The notes beneath the pieces were generated by a model that did no database searches, was not told the origin of the DNA, and saw nothing but the letters and a program-made list of their open reading frames with translations. Both the position numbers and the translations under genes were made by a program. This document shows, one piece after another, positions 53,575-64,000 of a stretch of 64,000 bases of DNA. The stretch covers positions 416,229,307 to 416,293,306 of the forward strand of contig OZ024741.1 in the NCBI GenBank assembly GCA_964016885.1, read 5' to 3'. Source of the stretch: Eledone cirrhosa. Lineage: Eukaryota. The stretch's first letter is position 1, and each line of letters begins with the position of its first letter.

Positions 53575-53957
53575 TTATATATATATATATATAGACTCAC
53601 GCGCCTCTGTACACGCACACGCACGTGTATGTATGTACACACACACACGTGTATGTATGTACATACACACACCCGTGTGTGTATGTATATGTATACATAC
53701 ATACACACACCCGTGTGTGTATGTATATGTATACATACATACACACACGCGTGTATGTATATATATATATACATACATACACACACACGCGTATGTATAT
53801 ATATATACATACACACACACACACGTATATATATACATACACACACGCCTGTGTGTATGTATGTATGTATATATATATGTATATATATATACATACACAC
53901 ACGCCTGTGTGTGTATATATATATATATATATACATATACACTCTCTCTCTCTCTCT
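53575..53957. repeat. Compound alternating purine-pyrimidine mini/microsatellite (TA, CA, TG, CG)
   Basis: Repeated (CA)n-CG/CC-(TG)n-(TA)n units of ~25-45 bp immediately inside the intron. Confidence 0.9.
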
Positions 53958-54404
53958 GGGATTGAAACGAAACCCGCGGACTAGAGGCTCGCTAGAAATA
54001 CTTGTCTCGCAAGACAATCACACCAGCGTTCCAAATGTTATAATATACCAAGAAGTGTGTGTTGACAAAATACTCCACTATATAACTGGTATTTACATTA
54101 TTTTATTGAATTAAAGACAATAAATGTATAATTTTTGAAACTCAACTTCGCAACCGAGGAAGGAAAATGGGAAACCAAAATACAATGTTATTTTATCGGT
54201 GGGCGAGAAGAAGGAGGAGGAAGGAGAGGAGGGTATTTTTCTTTCATGTTATACTTGACTTTTTGACACTTGGCATCTTAGCTTAGATTTAAAAGACTAA
54301 TATATAGTTGAGTCAGGGCCCGACAGCTGAGCTCTTGCCGTCCTCTCTCTCTCTCTATGTACTCTTATGATTTTTGACCCCCCCCCCCCGGTCTCAGCAG
54401 CACC

Positions 54405-54436
<32 letters not shown>

Positions 54437-54449
54437 TTATTAAAATAAG

Positions 54450-54552
54450 ATTATTTTAATAAATATTTGCTCTAGGGTTCTTATATATTTGATATATATT
54501 TAACCTTACCGAGCCCTCTTTGGATTTTAGTCTTCACATTTATTATTATTAC
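54450..54552 (+). mobile_element. 3' fragment of the dispersed repeat seen at 50900-51388
   Basis: TTATTTTAATAAATATTTG.TCTA.GGTTCTTATATAT.TGATATATATTTA.CCTTA.C.AGCCCTCTTTGGATTTTAGTCTTCA matches 51285-51388. Confidence 0.8.
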
Positions 54553-54617
54553 CACACACACACACACCTACACACACCTACACACACCTACATACACACA
54601 TACACACATACACACAT

Positions 54618-54664
<47 letters not shown>

Positions 54665-54857
54665 TATATATACACATATATATATATATATACACATATA
54701 TATATATACACATATATATATATATATATATACACATATATATATATATATATATACACATATATATATATATATATATACACATATATATATATATATA
54801 CACATATATATATATATATACACATATATATATATATATACACACATATATATATAT

Positions 54858-54896
<39 letters not shown>

Positions 54897-54910
54897 TATA
54901 TATACACATA
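54553..54910. repeat. (CA)n grading into interrupted (TA)n microsatellite
   Basis: Direct read of the sequence. Confidence 0.95.
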
Positions 54911-55958
54911 TATTGTTCATTATAGTCCTCCAAGCCATAACAGAGGAGTTTAAGACTGGCTGTCCATGGGAACTTCTCTATGCTGACGATCTGGCTCTTA
55001 TGGCAGAATCAGTAGAGGAGCTAGAGAATAAATTCCGGCTATGGAAACAGCAGTTGGAAGCAAGAGGACTGAGAGTAAATCTAGCTAAGACAAAAGTGTT
55101 GATGAGTAGAAAAGAGGACAAAACCCTGATTCCGTCAGGGAAATGGCCATGTTCGATATGCAGAAAAGGAACTGGCATAAATTCTATAAAATGCACACAA
55201 TGTAGGTCCTGGGTACACAAGAGATGTAGCGGGATAGCAGGCAAACTAACAGGTAGGGAGAAATATGTATGCAGTAGATGTACAGGGAAATTAGACAGTA
55301 GAAGTCGCACTGATAGACACATTTTTCAAATGCGAGAGGGGCGCTATAGAAGTGGTGGATAGCTTCCGGTACCTAGGAGATCAGATTAGCATGGAGGAGG
55401 GTGTTCCGAGGCCATAGTATCTAGAATAAGGACGGGTTGGAAGAAGTTTAGGGAGCTGCTTCCTCTGTTGACGAAGAAGGGTTTCTCCCTGCGTACGAAA
55501 GGCCGGTTGTATGATGCCTGTGTGAGGAGCGCGATGCTGCATGGTAGTGAGACATGGGCAGCTACCGCAGAAGATATGCGACGGCTGGAGAGAAATGAGG
55601 CAAGCATGCTCCGTTGGATGTGCAGTGTAAATGTGCGGTGAACGACCCAGCATAAATGTGTTGAGAGAGAAACTGTGTCTGAGAGGGATAGAATGTAGTG
55701 TACGGGAGAGGAGACTGAGGTGGTATGGACATGTGATGCGCATGGAGGATGACCGATGGGTGAAGAAGTGCCAGGAAATGCCAGTTGAAGGAAGACGTAG
55801 TAGAGGTAGACCACGAAAAACATGGGCGGAGGTGGTGAGAACAGACCTCAGATCATTGAAGCTCACGGTGGAGATGACGAGGGACCGTGACGAGTGGAGA
55901 GATGCTGTGCTGAATAAGACCCGTCCCACCCTTGCAAGCAGGGAAAAGCGGACGTAAA

Positions 55959-55990
<32 letters not shown>
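54911..55990 (+). mobile_element. 5'-truncated RTE LINE, subfamily A; frameshifted RT C-terminal half with a PHD-like insert
   Basis: [29 protein letters not shown]...[10 protein letters not shown]...FRYLGD...LHGSETW...[12 protein letters not shown]...GRPRKTW. The stop is at 55957, followed by an (ATG)n tail; there are several frameshifts. Confidence 0.95.
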
Positions 55991-57318
<1,328 letters not shown>

Positions 57319-58541
57319 ACATCATCATCATCATCATCATCAACGTTTAACGTCCGTGTTCCACGCTTGCATGGGTTTGGACGGGGGGTAGTCCCACTTG
57401 AGGCAAGAGTGATCGTCTTGCTCGCATAGGACTGTCTGGCAGGTTTTCTACAGTTGGATGCCTTCCTAACACCAACCACATTTACAGTGTGGGTCTGGGA
57501 GGTTTTTACCGTGTTGCCTACACGGCCACATTACAGCGTGGACTGTGTTTTTTTTGTCGTGACACCTACACGATCTCATTTGTTTCGGCCTGGATGGCGC
57601 GGCACCAACATAACTTTACATAGAACGGGGGTGGTGTGGATGGGGTGTGGGTGGTGGCGGGACGGGTGTATTTTGTTAGAGATGCCTACTGGCAAGGCGG
57701 GTCTTCTCTGTTACTGAGTACCGCCAAAGGTCTCGGTCCAGTGACATTGTCTTGGAGAGGTGTAAGTGTGTGAGGTCGGAGTTTATCAGCTCATCCCATG
57801 TTTTTCTAGGTCTGCTATTCCGTGGCTACCGTCTATCTTTATTGCCCTGCACTTTGTAATACAGCTATCGACTTTCATGCGCATCACGTGTCCATAACCA
57901 ACGCAGCCTTCTCTCGAGTAAACAACATCTGATCCCTCTTATCTCTAATTTTTTCCTTAGTTCGTTTATGCTTTGCCGTTCACGTATATTACTGTTACAC
58001 ATCCAGCGGAGCATGCAAGCTTCGTTCCTCTCTAGTCTGCGCATATCATCTGCACACAATGCCCAGGTCTCACTACCATGCAACATTGCTGTTCGTATGC
58101 AGGCATCGTACAACCTGCCTTTCATTTTTAGGGAGAACCCTTTAGCAGCTAATAGTGGTATAAGCTCTCTGAACTTTTTCCAACCAGTTCTGACTCTAGC
58201 TACAGTACTTTCAGAGCACCCTCCCCCACTGCTGATTTTATCGCCCAGGTAACGGAAGCTGTCCACTATTTCTATAGAACCCTCTGCGCAATTGAAAGAG
58301 CTAGTATTTTGTGGGCACTTGCTGCTACTTATTGCACCAGAACACCGGCCACATGTAAAGTCTATGTTCTTAGTTAGCTTACCTGTGATCCCACTACATC
58401 TTTTATGCACCCATACTTTGCATTTAGGACATAAGATGGAGTTTCTACCTACGCCTTTCCTACATACCGAGCACGACCATTTCCTAGAAGGGACCGCCGC
58501 CTTGTTTTCTTTCCTACAAACTAGAACTTTGGTCTTAGCCA
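57319..58541 (-). mobile_element. 5'-truncated RTE LINE, subfamily B, with a PHD-like insert and a ~350-bp 3' UTR
   Basis: LAKTKVLVC...[39 protein letters not shown]...LHGSETW...RRLRW. The 3' UTR ends GGACGTTAAACGTT(GAT)n, and (TA)n flanks both sides. Confidence 0.95.

Positions 58542-64000
<5,459 letters not shown>

Overview
Eukaryotic, AT- and microsatellite-rich DNA. The repeat families suggest an octopus or other cephalopod genome; this is recognition from memory, not a database result. Bases 1-~41959 are one tandem satellite of a 58-bp monomer (~720 copies, left end outside the window). It has nested higher-order repeats, two sequence domains and an 8-bp palindrome per monomer. Its last monomer runs directly into a ~228-bp TTAA-flanked piggyBac-type MITE, so the satellite appears to be an amplified transposon end. 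Bases 42-52 kb are a pile-up of tRNA-derived SINEs, RTE-clade LINE fragments (one with a twin-priming-type inversion), Penelope-like fragments with hammerhead-ribozyme-like motifs, and hairpins. At 53313-53470 (+) lies a short first coding exon of an ABHD2-like lipid hydrolase that the ORF track misses. Its intron runs to the window end and holds two convergent RTE LINE remnants, both with a PHD-type zinc finger inside the reverse transcriptase, plus ~7 kb of interrupted (TA)n. The long IYIY-type ORFs are microsatellite artefacts.
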